Positions 46,301-58,900 of a stretch of 64,000 bases of DNA are shown one piece after another. Numbering within the stretch: position 1 is the stretch's first letter; the number at the start of each line of letters is the position of its first letter. The translations under genes and the position numbers were made by a program. Under the pieces are notes generated by a model. That model did not search any database. It saw nothing but the letters and a program-made list of their open reading frames with translations, and was not told the origin of the DNA. Source of the stretch: Tubulanus polymorphus (taxonomy: Eukaryota; Animalia; Nemertea); assembly GCF_964204645.1 (NCBI RefSeq), contig NC_134031.1, positions 12,836,088-12,900,087 on the forward strand. The letters are read 5' to 3'.

Positions 46301-49300
46301 TGTATACCAGCTTTTGTAAAACCTTCACTATTTTCTAAAATAAAATAAACCCAACCATTATTGTTTTCTTGTTTTAAATTATCATAGAATTTCGGTAATT
46401 TATTAAAATTTAATGTTTCTAAATCCTTAGTTTCTATTTTACCATAACCTAATTTATCATTATAGATATTGTAAAAACTATTAGATGGTATGGGAAGTGT
46501 GCAATATTGTAAAATAATTTCAGGACAAGGAAGTGATCGTATTGTTCCAAGTTTTGTTCTAAAATCAAAATTATTTATATCTATATTAAATTCATTACAA
46601 ATTTTATAAAACTCTGATAAATTAATATTATTATCTAATTTTTTAAAATACCTAGATCCTGGTAAAGGGGTATTTAATTCATTTAATATTAATCTTATTT
46701 GAAAATAAGTATGAAATCTAAATAAACTTTGAATTAACTTATATTTTGAATTATTCAAATGATCATTCCAACTAATTCCACATTCTGCTGTTGCACAATA
46801 AACTGCAAAATTTAATTGGTTCTGCCAATACTTAATATTAGATTTTAATAACCATTGTTTTTCATCTTTCAATTTTTAAAAACTAATTAAATATACATGA
46901 AATATATTTTCCATCTTTGCATTAAAATTATTAGTTTCAGTAACATAAATATCTAATTATTACATGATTAATGTTAATTTCATTTCTTTCTCACGTTTAA
47001 AATCAAATCCAAAACATATACTCGGTCCAACAGTTATATTCATTTATATAATGAAAACAAATATTCTTTACATCTTATAACTAATTCATAAATTACAGGA
47101 AAATTATTTAAATCAATTAAGTACCCATTATGATTTCTTATTTCTAACTTAAAATTATTAAATTTTGGAATACAAGGTTTGAAATCACACTCAGCTAAAT
47201 TATTATTTATTTGTGTTCCAAATTGTTTAACATTTTTTAATGGTAAAATATTTGATATACTAGAATTACAAGTTGTATCTTTAGTTGCTTCGAATGTTTT
47301 TGTAGGTTCAATTAAATTGCAATAAATATAAAAATGTGTAAAAGGTATTATATTAGCTATACTATCAACATTTGAATAAAGTTTATTTGGTGTAATTCCT
47401 GAATTTTAGCTACTGGTTTTCTCACTATAAATTTATGCTGTTCTTCATTAGCTAACTTTATTCTTAATTTATTATTATTATCACTTTAAAAAAATTCAAT
47501 TCCAAATCCAGCAGCTGCGCTCATTTTTGTTTTAGCTTTTCTATCAATTTCTTGCGCTAAAGTCTCTAAATTATATAATCTCCTTACATGAATCATAAAA
47601 GAATCATGATCAAGACTTTTATCCGATACAATATAAAAAGAATTACATAAACTTACATTTACTAATTTTAAATCTACACAATTTTTAAATTCTCTATCTA
47701 ATTGTACTAGTTAATTATGAGATTTATAATATGTAAGTCTTCTTGAATCAACAAATATTCTATATTCTTTTAATTCTACCATTTATTTTACATATTTTAT
47801 TCAAAATCTATTTCGTGGTGCCCTTTTCCATTCTTACCTTTACATATGAAATAGAAATCACATGAACATAATTCTTCTAAATCTATCTGGTAAATATGTT
47901 CTGAATTTAAATCTATTTCCTTTTAATCCTTCATATTCTAAGTGGATAACTAATTTATCTCCATATTTGTTAGGAACTGTATCAATATTTGTAATTAGAT
48001 ATTTCTTATGAATTGTTAGTTCATTTAATTTTTTAAATTTATAATCTACTGATTTAGCATTTGTGATATCTTTAATTCTATCTAGAAATGATTTGTTGTT
48101 CTCACTGTTTGCTTGTTTACTCTCCATTTATTATACATATTTTTATTAAAATTGAATCAAAGCCGATTAACATGTTAGAATCCTTTTCATAATCTCATTC
48201 TCTTTTGTTTCTTCTCTTTTAAATTTTAAGTATTCATCTAAATTTCAACCATAAGCGACTCTATGAATTCCATCATCTAAAATATATCTTTTATCGTCAA
48301 ATGGGTTTAGACTTATCTTCTCTATCTCTTCAATAAACATCTCGTGATCTTCAGATCTGAAACATTTCATCTTACGTTTAGATATTGCTTGGTATATAGT
48401 TTAATACAAGTTTTGCAGCAATATTGTAATCTTACGCTTACTAAATTCTGTTATAGCTAATTTATCTAATTCACATTTAGAACATTTCTTGTAGTATATA
48501 TTTATAACACCAGTGTTATTTCTAATATTGATAGTTTGTGATTGTTCTGGCTCCATTTATTATACATATCTTTACTAAATTATATACTCATATTTTTACT
48601 AAAATTTGATTAACACGCTAGAATCCTTTTTAAAATGCCATTCTCTTTTTTTTCTTTTAAATCTTAAGTATTCATCTAAATTGCAACCATACGCGACTGT
48701 ATGAATTCCGTCATCTAAAATATATCTTTTCTCGTCAAATGGGTTCAAACTAACCTTTTCTATCTCTTCAATAAACATTTCATGATCTTCAGAACTTAAA
48801 AATTTCATCTTATGTTTTCTAACTTCTTCATTGAATATACAATTGATGTAATCTTTGAAATGGATATTCTTTTCTACTACACTTTTAGTAATTCCTTTCA
48901 ATTTCTTTGATTCATGAGTTTTGGTTTTATAACTATACATTTTAGATCGAATTCCAATGAACTCTATCATTTCTTCACCTCCTAATTCATCTTTGAATTT
49001 ACCGGGCACCTTTTCATTATCGTTGCTAAAAAATTCATGAGTTTTAGGATAATTACTGAAATCAAAATGATGTTTTAATGTTTTTAAATCATCTGTTATG
49101 TTATTAGTTTTTATCTTTAATATGTAACTGTCAGTATCAAAATATAAGATTTCTATATGCTTTTCTCCAAAATGAGTTTGTAATACGTTATAGTAAAATT
49201 CATACATCAATAATTTTGATATTTCTAAAACTGCAGCTCCAACATAGATTGGTTTATTAAACTTCATAGAAGTTCTTCTCATTTTAACTGCAGCTAAATT

Positions 49301-49936
49301 TTCATCAAATATTCTGTTACCTTTAAACTTGGGATATGTTTGTAAATGTCTAATTCTTTTACCATTACTAACTAACTAATTATATCATTTCTATTTCTAA
49401 TATTCTCACAAGTCTTACCATAAAATGCATTGTTCATTAACTTGAAGAAATCTTTTTCGAAATCAGTTTTAGCTTTAGTTCTCTGTTTGGTGTTAAAATC
49501 TATATATTTTTCTAACCATTTAGATTGTCTGAATGAAATATATCTGTGTACTTTTTTAGAAACATTCCTTGATTCAAATAAAACTTCAACATTCTATAAT
49601 GTACTACATAATTATATCTATTTTCCTGAGTTACCATTGACTTTTCAGTATCAATATGATTTGCGGGTTTAATTCTTTTTTGATAATTTGATAACTCTTC
49701 ATGTGTTACAGTTTTATGTTCGGGACAGTATGCTAGATTTCTAGATTTAAATCTTTTTATCTTCAGGGTATTCTAAATCTACAACAAAGAAGTATCCAGT
49801 AACTGAATCATCCGCAATATCTAGAATTATTTGCTTCCAATCAAATTTATCATTATTTTCATACTTCAGTTATTTCAAATACTCCATAAGGCTGAGGTTC
49901 CACCATTGCCCAACCATATAGATTATATGCATCTAT
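43386..49936 (-). repeat. Inverted, near-identical duplicate of 9200-17904 with two large deletions
   Basis: 43386 pairs with 17904 and 49936 with 9200. Segments ~16122-17546 and ~13534-14219 are absent. Near-identical ORFs include 9464-9706/49430-49672, 9854/49282, 11009/48127 and 14515/45308. Confidence 0.95.
44752..49936 (-). mobile_element. Degenerate Polinton copy A' (within the inverted duplication), including the pPolB 3' half at 48640-49936
   Basis: ORFs 48599-49282 (pPolB C-terminus), 47858-48127, 46285-46872 and 45851-46093 mirror copy A. BEL/Pao fragment at ~45290-45604. Confidence 0.92.
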
Positions 49937-52900
49937 CGAAAAACGACAATGTCGATGCGTAAAATCGCTCAAATCGTCAGGAAAAGCACTTTTCGACCCG
50001 AAAACGTCGTTCAGCGCTAGAAAAGACGTTTTCGTATCAAATATTCCCCCCTATGGGAAAAACGACAATGTCGATGCGTAAAAGCGCTCAAATCGTCAGG
50101 AAAAGCACTTTTCGACCCGAAAACGTCGTTCAGCGCGAGAAAAGACGTTTTCCTATCAAATATTTCCCCTATCGGAAAAACGACAATGTCGATGCGTAAA
50201 AGCGCTAAAATCATCAGGAAAAGAACTTTTCGACCCGAAAACGTCGTTCAGCGCGAGAATAGACGTTTTCTTATCAAATTTTCCCCCTGTCGGAAAAATG
50301 ACAATATCGATGCGTAAAAGCGCTCAAATCGTCAGGAAAAGCACTTTTCGACCCGAAAACGTCGTTCAGCGCGAGAAAAGACGTTTTCGTATCAAATATT
50401 CCCCCTATGGGAAAAACGACAATGTCGATGCGTAAAATCGCTCAAATCGTCAGGAAAAGCACTTTTCGACCCGAAAACGTCGTTCAGCGCTAGAAAAGAC
50501 GTTTTCGTATCAAATATTCCCCCCTATGGGAAAAACGACAATGTCGATGCGTAAAAGCGCTCAAATCGTCAGGAAAAGCACTTTTCGACCCGAAAACGTC
50601 GTTCAGCGCGAGAAAAGACGTTTTCGTATCAAATATTCCCCCTATCGGAAAAACGACAATGTCGATGCGTAAAAGCGCTAAAATCATCAGGAAAAGAACT
50701 TTTCGACCCGAAAACGTCGTTCAGCGCGAGAATAGACGTTTTCTTATCAAATTTTCCCCCTGTCGGAAAAATGACAATATCGATGCGTAAAAGCGCTCAA
50801 ATCGTCAGGAAAAGCACTTTTCGACCCGAAAACGTCGTTCAGCGCGAGAAAAGACGTTTTCGTATCAAATATTCCCCCTATAGGAAAAACGACAATGTCG
50901 ATGCGTAAAAGCGCTCAAATCGTCAGCAAAAGCCCTTTTCGGCCCGAAAACGTCGTTCAGCGCGAGAAAAGATGTTTTCAGATCAAATATTCCCCCTATC
51001 GGAAAAACGACAATGTTGATGCGTTAAAAGCGCTCAAATCGTCAGGAAAAGCACTTTTCGACGCGAAAACGTCGTTCAGCGCGAGAAAAGACGTTTTTGT
51101 ATCAAATATTCCCTATATCGGAAAAACGACGATGTCGATGCGTAAAATCGCTCAAATCGTCAGGAAAAGCACTTTTCGACCCGAAAACGTCGTTCAGCGC
51201 TAGTAAAGACGTTTTCGTATCAAATATTCCCCCTATCGGAAAAAACGACAATGTCGATGTGTAAAACCGCTCAAATCGTCAGGAAAAGCACTTTTCGATG
51301 CGAAAACGTCGTTCAGCGCTAGAAAAGACGTTTTCTTATCAAATATTCCCCCGTCGGAAAAATGATAATGTCGATGCGTAAAAGCGCTCAAATCGTCAGG
51401 AAAAGCACTTTTCGACCCGAAAACGTCGTTCAGCGCGAGAAAAGACGTTTTCCTATCAAATATTCCCCCTATCGGAAAAACGACTATGTCGATGCGTAAA
51501 AGCGTTCAAATCGTAAGGAAAGCACTTTTCGACCCGAAAACGTCGTTCAGCGCGAGAATAGACGTTTTCTTATCAAATTTTCCCCCTGTCGGAAAAATGA
51601 CAATATCGATGCGTAAAAGCGGTCAAATCGTCAGGAAAAGCACTTTTCGACCCGAAAACGTCGTTCAGCGCGAGAAAAGACGTTTTCGTATCAAATATTC
51701 CCCCTATAGGAAAAACGACAATGTCGATGCGTAAAAGCGCTCAAATCGTCAGCAAAAGCACTTTTCGGCCCGAAAACGTCGTTCAGCGCGAGAAAGATGT
51801 TTTCGGATCAAATATTCCCCCTATGGGAAAAACGACAATGTTGATGCGTAAAAGCGCTCAAATCGTCAGCAAAAGCACTTTTCGACGCGAAAACGTCGTT
51901 CAGCGCGAGAAAAGACGTTTTTGTATCAAATATTCCCTATATCGGAAAAACGACAATGTCGATGCGTAAAATCGCTCAAATCGTCAGGAAAAGCACTTAT
52001 CGACCCGAAAACGTCGTTCAGCGCTAGAAAAGACGTTTTCGTATCAAATATTCCCCCTATCGGAAAAACGACAATGTCGATGTGTAAAAGCGCCAAATCG
52101 TCAGGAAAAGCACTTTTCGATGCGAAAACGTCGTTCAGCGCTAGAAAAGACGTTTTCTTATCAAATATTCCACCGTCGGAAAAATGATAATGTCGATGCG
52201 TAAAAGCGCTCAAATCGTCAGGAAAAGCACTTTTCGACCCGTAAACGTCGTTCAGCGCGAGAAAAGACGTTTTCTTATCAAATTTTCCCCCGTCGAAAAA
52301 TGACAATGTCGATGCGTAAAAGCGTTTAAATCGTCAGGAAAAGCACTTTTCGACCCGAAAACGTCGTTCAGCGCGAGAAAAGACGTTTTCTTATCAAATT
52401 TTTCCCCTGTCGGAAAAACGACAATATCGATGCGTAAAAGCGCTCAAATCGTCAGGAAGAGCACTTTTCGACCCGAAAACGTCGTTCAACGCGAGAAAAG
52501 ACGTTTTCGTATCAAATATTCCCCCTATGGGAAAAACGAAAATGTCGATGCGTAAAAGCGCTCAAATCGTCAGGAAAAGCACTTTTCGACCCGAAAACGT
52601 CGTTCAGCGCGAGAAAAGACGTTTTCGTATCAAATATTCCCCCTATAGGAAAAACGACAATGTTGATGCGTAAAAGCGCTCAAATCGTCAGGAAAAGCAC
52701 TTTTCGACGCGAAAACGCCGTTCAGCGGGAGAAAATACGTTTTCGTATCAAATATTCCCCATATCGGAAAAACGACAATGTCGATGCGTAAAAGCGCTCA
52801 AATCGTCAGGAAGAGCACTTTTCGACGCGAAAACGTCGTTCAGCGCGAGAAAAGACGTTTTCGTATCAAATATTCCCCCTATCGGAAAAACGACAATGTC

Positions 52901-55900
52901 GATGCGTAAAAGCGCTAAAATCATCAGGAAAAGAACTTTTCGACCCGAAAACGTCGTTCAGCGCAAGAAAAGACGTTTTCGTTTCAAATATTCCCCCTAT
53001 CGGAAAAACGACAATGTCGATGCGTAAAAGCGCTCAAATCGTCAGGAAAAGCACTTTTCGACGCGAAAACGACGTCGTTCAGCGCGAGAAAAGACGTTTT
53101 CGTATCAAATATTCCCCCTATCGGAAAAACGACAATGTCGATGCGTAAAAGCGCTAAAATCATCAGGAAAAGAACTTTTCGACCCGAAAACGTCGTTCAG
53201 CGCGAGAATAGACGTTTTCTTATCAAATTTTCCCCCTGTCGGAAAAATGACAATATCGATGCGTAAAAGCGCTCAAATCGTCAGGAAAAGCACTTTTCGA
53301 CCCGAAAACGTCGTTCAGCGCGAGAAAAGACGTTTTCGTATCAAATATTCCCCCTATAGGAAAAACGACAATGTCGATGCGTAAAAGCGCTCAAATCGTC
53401 AGGAAAAGCACTTTTCGACCCGAAAACGTCGTTCAGCGCGAGAAAAGACGTTTTCGTATCAAATATTGCCCCTATGGGAAAAACGACAATGTCGATGCGT
53501 AAAAGCGCTCAAATCGTCAGGAAAAGCACTTTTCGACCCGTCAACGTCGTTCAGCGCGAGAAAAGACGTTTTCTTATCAAATTTTTCCCCTGTCGGAAAA
53601 ATGATAATGTCGATGCGTAAAAGCGCTCAAATCGTCAGGAAAAGCACTTTTCGACCCGAAAACGTCGTTCAGCGCGAGAAAAGACGTTTTCGTATCAAAT
53701 ATTCCCCCTATAGGAAAAACGACAATGTCGATGCGTAAAAGCGCTCAAATCGTCAGGAAAAGCACTTTTCGACCCAAAAACATCGTTCAGCGCGAGAAAA
53801 GACGTTTTCGTATCAAATATTCCCCCTATAGGAAAAACGACAATGTTGATGCGTAAAAGCGCTCAAATCGTCAGGAAAAGCACTTTTCGACGCGAAAACG
53901 CCGTTCAGCGCGAGAAAATACGTTTTCGTATCAAATATTCCCCATATCGGAAAAACGACAATGTCGATGCGTAAAAGCGCTCAAATCGTCAGGAAGAGCA
54001 CTTTTCGACGCGAAAACGTCGTTCAGCGCGAGAAAAGACGTTTTCGTATCAAATATTCCCCCTATCGGAAAAAACGACAATGTCGATGCGTAAAAGCGCT
54101 AAAATCATCAGGAAAAGAACTTTTCGACCCGAAAACGTCGTTCAGCGCAAGAAAAGACGTTTTCGTTTCAAATATTCCCCCTATCGGAAAAACGACAATG
54201 TCGATGCGTAAAAGCGCTCAAATCGTCAGGAAAAGCACTTTTCGACGCAAAAACGACGTCGTTCAGCGCGAGAAAAGACGTTTTCGTATCAAATATTCCC
54301 CCTATCGGAAAAACGACAATGTCGATGCGTAAAAGCGCTAAAATCATCAGGAAAAGAACTTTTCGACCCGAAAACGTCGTTCAGCGCGAGAATAGACGTT
54401 TTCTTATCAAATTTTCCCCCTGTCGGAAAAATGACAATATCGATGCGTAAAAGCGCTCAAATCGTCAGGAAAAGCACTTTTCGACCCGAAAACGTCGTTC
54501 AGCGCGAGAAAAGACGTTTTCGTATCAAATATTCCCCCTATCAGAAAAACGACAATGTCGATGCGTCAAAGAGCTCAAAGCGTCAGCAAAAGCACTTTTC
54601 GATGCGAAAACGTCGTTCAGCGCTAGAAAAGACGTTTTCGAATCAAATTTTCCCCCGTCGGAAAAATGACAATGTCGATGCGTAAAAGGGCTCAAATCGT
54701 CAGGAAAAGCACTTTTCGACGCGAAAACGTCGTTCAGCGCTAGAAAAGACGATTTCGTATCAAATATTCCCCCTATGGGAAAAACGACAATGTCGATGCG
54801 TAAAGCGCTCAAATCGTCAGGAAAAGCACTATTCGACCCGAAAACGTCGTTCAGCGCGAGAAAAGACGTTTTCGTTTCAAATATTCCCCCTTTCGGAAAA
54901 ACGACAATGTCGATGCGTAAAAGCGCTCAAATCGTCAGGAAAAGCACTTTTCGACGCGAAAACGTCGTTCATCGCGAGAAAAGACGTTTTCGTATCAAAT
55001 ATTCCCCTATGGGAAAAACGACAATGTCGATGCGTAAAAGCGCTCAAATCGTCAGGAAAAGCACTTTTCGACCCGAAAACTTCGTTCAGCGCTAGAAAAG
55101 ACGTTTTCGTTTCAAATATTCCCCCTGTCGGAAAAACGACAATGTCGATGCGTAAAAGCGCTCAAATCGACAGGAAAAGCACTTTTCGACCCGAAAACGT
55201 CGTTCAGCGCTAGAAAAGACGTTTTCGTTTCAAATATTCCCCCTCTCGGAAAAACGACAATGTCGATGCGTAAAAGCGCTCAAATCGTCAGGAAAAGCAC
55301 TTTTCGACGCGAAAACGTCGTTCAGCGCGAGAAAAGACGTTTTCGTATCAAATATTCCCCCTATGGGAAAAACGACAATGTCGATGCGTAAAAGTGCTCA
55401 AATCGTCAGGAAAAGCACTTTTCGACCCGAAAACGTCGTTCAGCGCAAGAAAAGACGTTTTCGTATCAAATATTCCCCCCATTGGGAAAAACGACAAATT
55501 CGATGCGTAAAAGCGCTCAAATCGTCAGGAAAAGCACTTTTCAAACCGTAAACGTCGTTCAGCGCGAGAAAAGACGTTTTCTTATCAAATGTTCCCCTCG
55601 GAAAAATGATAATGTCGATGCGTAAAAGCGCTCAAATTGTCAGGAAAAGCACTTTTCGACCCGAAAACGTCGTTCAGCGAGAGAAAAGACATTTTCTTAT
55701 CAAATTTTTCCCCTGTCGGAAAAATGATAATGTCGATGCGTAAAAGCGCTCAAATTGTCAGGAAAAGCACTTTTCGACCCGTAAACGTCGTTCAGCGCGA
55801 GAAAAGACGTTTTCGGATCAAATATTCCCCCTATCGGAAAAACGACAATGTCGATGCGTCAAAGAGCTCAAAGCGTCAGCAAAAGCACTTTTCGATGCGA

Positions 55901-58900
55901 AAACGTCGTTCAGCGCTAGAAAAGACGTTTTCGAATCAAATTTTCCCCCGTCGGAAAAATGACAATGTCGATGCGTAAAAGGGCTCAAATCGTCAGGAAA
56001 AGCACTTTTCGAACCGAAAACGTCGTTCAGCGCGAGAAAAGAAGTTTTCGTATTAAATATTCCCCCTATGGGAAAAACGACAATGTCGATGCGTAAAAGC
56101 GCTCAAATCGTCAGGAAAAGCACTTTTCGACCCGAAAACGTCGTTCAGCGCGAGAAAAGACGTTTTCCTATCAAATATTCCCCCTATCGGAAAAACGACA
56201 ATGTCGATGCGTAAAAGCGCTCAAATCGTCAGGAAAAGCACTTTTCGACCCGTCAACGTCGTTCAGCGCGAGAAAAGACGTTTTCTTATCAAATTTTTCC
56301 CCTGTCGGAAAAATGATAATGTCGAAGCGTAAAAGCGCTCAAATCGTCAGGAAAAGCACTTTTCGACCCGAAAACGTCGTTCAGCGCGAGAAAAGACGTT
56401 TTCGTATCAAATATTCCCCCTATAGGAAAAACGACAATGTCGATGCGTAAAAGCGCTCAAATCGTCAGCAAAAGCACTTTTCGGCCCGAAAACGTCGTTC
56501 AGCGCGAGAAAGATGTTTTCGGATCAAATATTCCCCCTATGGGAAAAACGACAATGTTGATGCGTAAAAGCGCTCAAATCGTCAGGAAAAGCACTTTTCG
56601 ACGCGAAAACGTCGTTCAGCGCGAGAAAAGACGTTTTTGTATCAAATATTCCCTATATCGGAAAAACGACAATGTCGATGCGTAAAATCGCTCAAATCGT
56701 CAGGAAAAGCACTTATCGACCCGAAAACGTCGTTCAGCGCTAGAAAAGACGTTTTCGTATCAAATATTCCCCCTATCGGAAAAACGACAATGTCGATGTG
56801 TAAAAGCGCCAAATCGTCAGGAAAAGCACTTTTCGATGCGAAAACGTCGTTCAGCGCTAGAAAAGACGTTTTCTTATCAAATATTCCCCCGTCGGAAAAA
56901 TGATAATGTCGATGCGTAAAAGCGCTCAAATCGTCAGGAAAAGCACTTTTCGACCCGTAAACGTCGTTCAGCGCGAGAAAAGACGTTTTCTTATCAAATT
57001 TTCCCCCGTCGAAAAATGACAATGTCGATGCGTAAAAGCGTTTAAATCGTCAGGAAAAGCACTTTTCGACCCGAAAACGTCGTTCAGCGCGAGAAAAGAC
57101 GTTTTCTTATCAAATTTTTCCCCTGTCGGAAAAACGACAATATCGATGCGTAAAAGCGCTCAAATCGTCAGGAAGAGCACTTTTCGACCCGAAAACGTCG
57201 TTCAACGCGAGAAAAGACGTTTTCGTATCAAATATTCCCCCTATGGGAAAAACGAAAATGTCGATGCGTAAAAGCGCTCAAATCGTCAGGAAAAGCACTT
57301 TTCGACCCGAAAACGTCGTTCAGCGCGAGAAAAGACGTTTTCGTATCAAATATTCCCCCCATAGGAAAAACGACAATGTTGATGCGTAAAAGCGCTCAAA
57401 TCGTCAGGAAAAGCACTTTTCGACGCGAAAACGCCGTTCAGCGGGAGAAAATACGTTTTCGTATCAAATATTCCCCATATCGGAAAAACGACAATGTCGA
57501 TGCGTAAAAGCGCTAAAATCATCAGGAAAAGAACTTTTCGACCCGAAAACGTCGTTCAGCGCAAGAAAAGACGTTTTCGTTTCAAATATATCCCCTATCG
57601 GAAAAACGACAATGTCGATGCGTAAAAGCGCTCAAATCGTCAGGAAAAGTACTTTTCGACGCGAAAACGACGTCGTTCAGCGCGAGAAAAGACGTTTTCG
57701 TATCAAATATTCCCCCTATCGGAAAAACGACAATGTCGATGCGTAAAAGCGCTAAAATCATCAGGAAAAGAACTTTTCGACCCGAAAACGTCGTTCAGCG
57801 CGAGAATAGACGTTTTCTTATCAAATTTTCCCCCTGTCGGAAAAATGACAATATCGATGCGTAAAAGCGCTCAAATCGTCAGGAAAAGCACTTTTCGACC
57901 CGAAAACGTCGTTCAGCGCGAGAAAAGACGTTTTCGTATCAAATATTCCCCCTATAGGAAAAACGACAATGTCGATGCGTAAAAGCGCTCAAATCGTCAG
58001 GAAAAGCACTTTTCGACCCGAAAACGTCGTTCAGCGCGAGAAAAGACGTTTTCGTATCAAATATTGCCCCTATGGGAAAAACGACAATGTCGATGCGTAA
58101 AAGCGCTCAAATCGTCAGGAAAAGCACTTTTCGACCCGTCAACGTCGTTCAGCGCGAGAAAAGACGTTTTCTTATCAAATTTTTCCCCTGTCGGAAAAAT
58201 GATAATGTCGATGCGTAAAAGCGCTCAAATCGTCAGGAAAAGCACTTTTCGACCCGAAAACGTCGTTCAGCGCGAGAAAAGACGTTTTCGTATCAAATAT
58301 TCCCCCTATAGGAAAAACGACAATGTCGATGCGTAAAAGCGCTCAAATCGTCAGGAAAAGCACTTTTCGACCCAAAAACGTCGTTCAGCGCGAGAAAAGA
58401 CGTTTTCGTATCAAATATTCCCCCTATAGGAAAAACGACAATGTTGATGCGTAAAAGCGCTCAAATCGTCAGGAAAAGCACTTTTCGACGCGAAAACGCC
58501 GTTCAGCGCGAGAAAATACGTTTTCGTATCAAATATTCCCCATATCGGAAAAACGACAATGTCGATGCGTAAAAGCGCTCAAATCGTCAGGAAGAGCACT
58601 TTTCGACGCGAAAACGTCGTTCAGCGCGAGAAAAGACGTTTTCGTATCAAATATTCCCCCTATCGGAAAAAACGACAATGTCGATGCGTAAAAGCGCTAA
58701 AATCATCAGGAAAAGAACTTTTCGACCCGAAAACGTCGTTCAGCGCAAGAAAAGACGTTTTCGTTTCAAATATTCCCCCTATCGGAAAAACGACAATGTC
58801 GATGCGTAAAAGCGCTCAAATCGTCAGGAAAAGCACTTTTCGACGCAAAAACGACGTCGTTCAGCGCGAGAAAAGACGTTTTCGTATCAAATATTCCCCC

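Noticed and set aside
50000-50120. CENP-B box in the satellite
   Set aside because: The TTCG motifs are not followed by the required A and CGGG at the right spacing on either strand.
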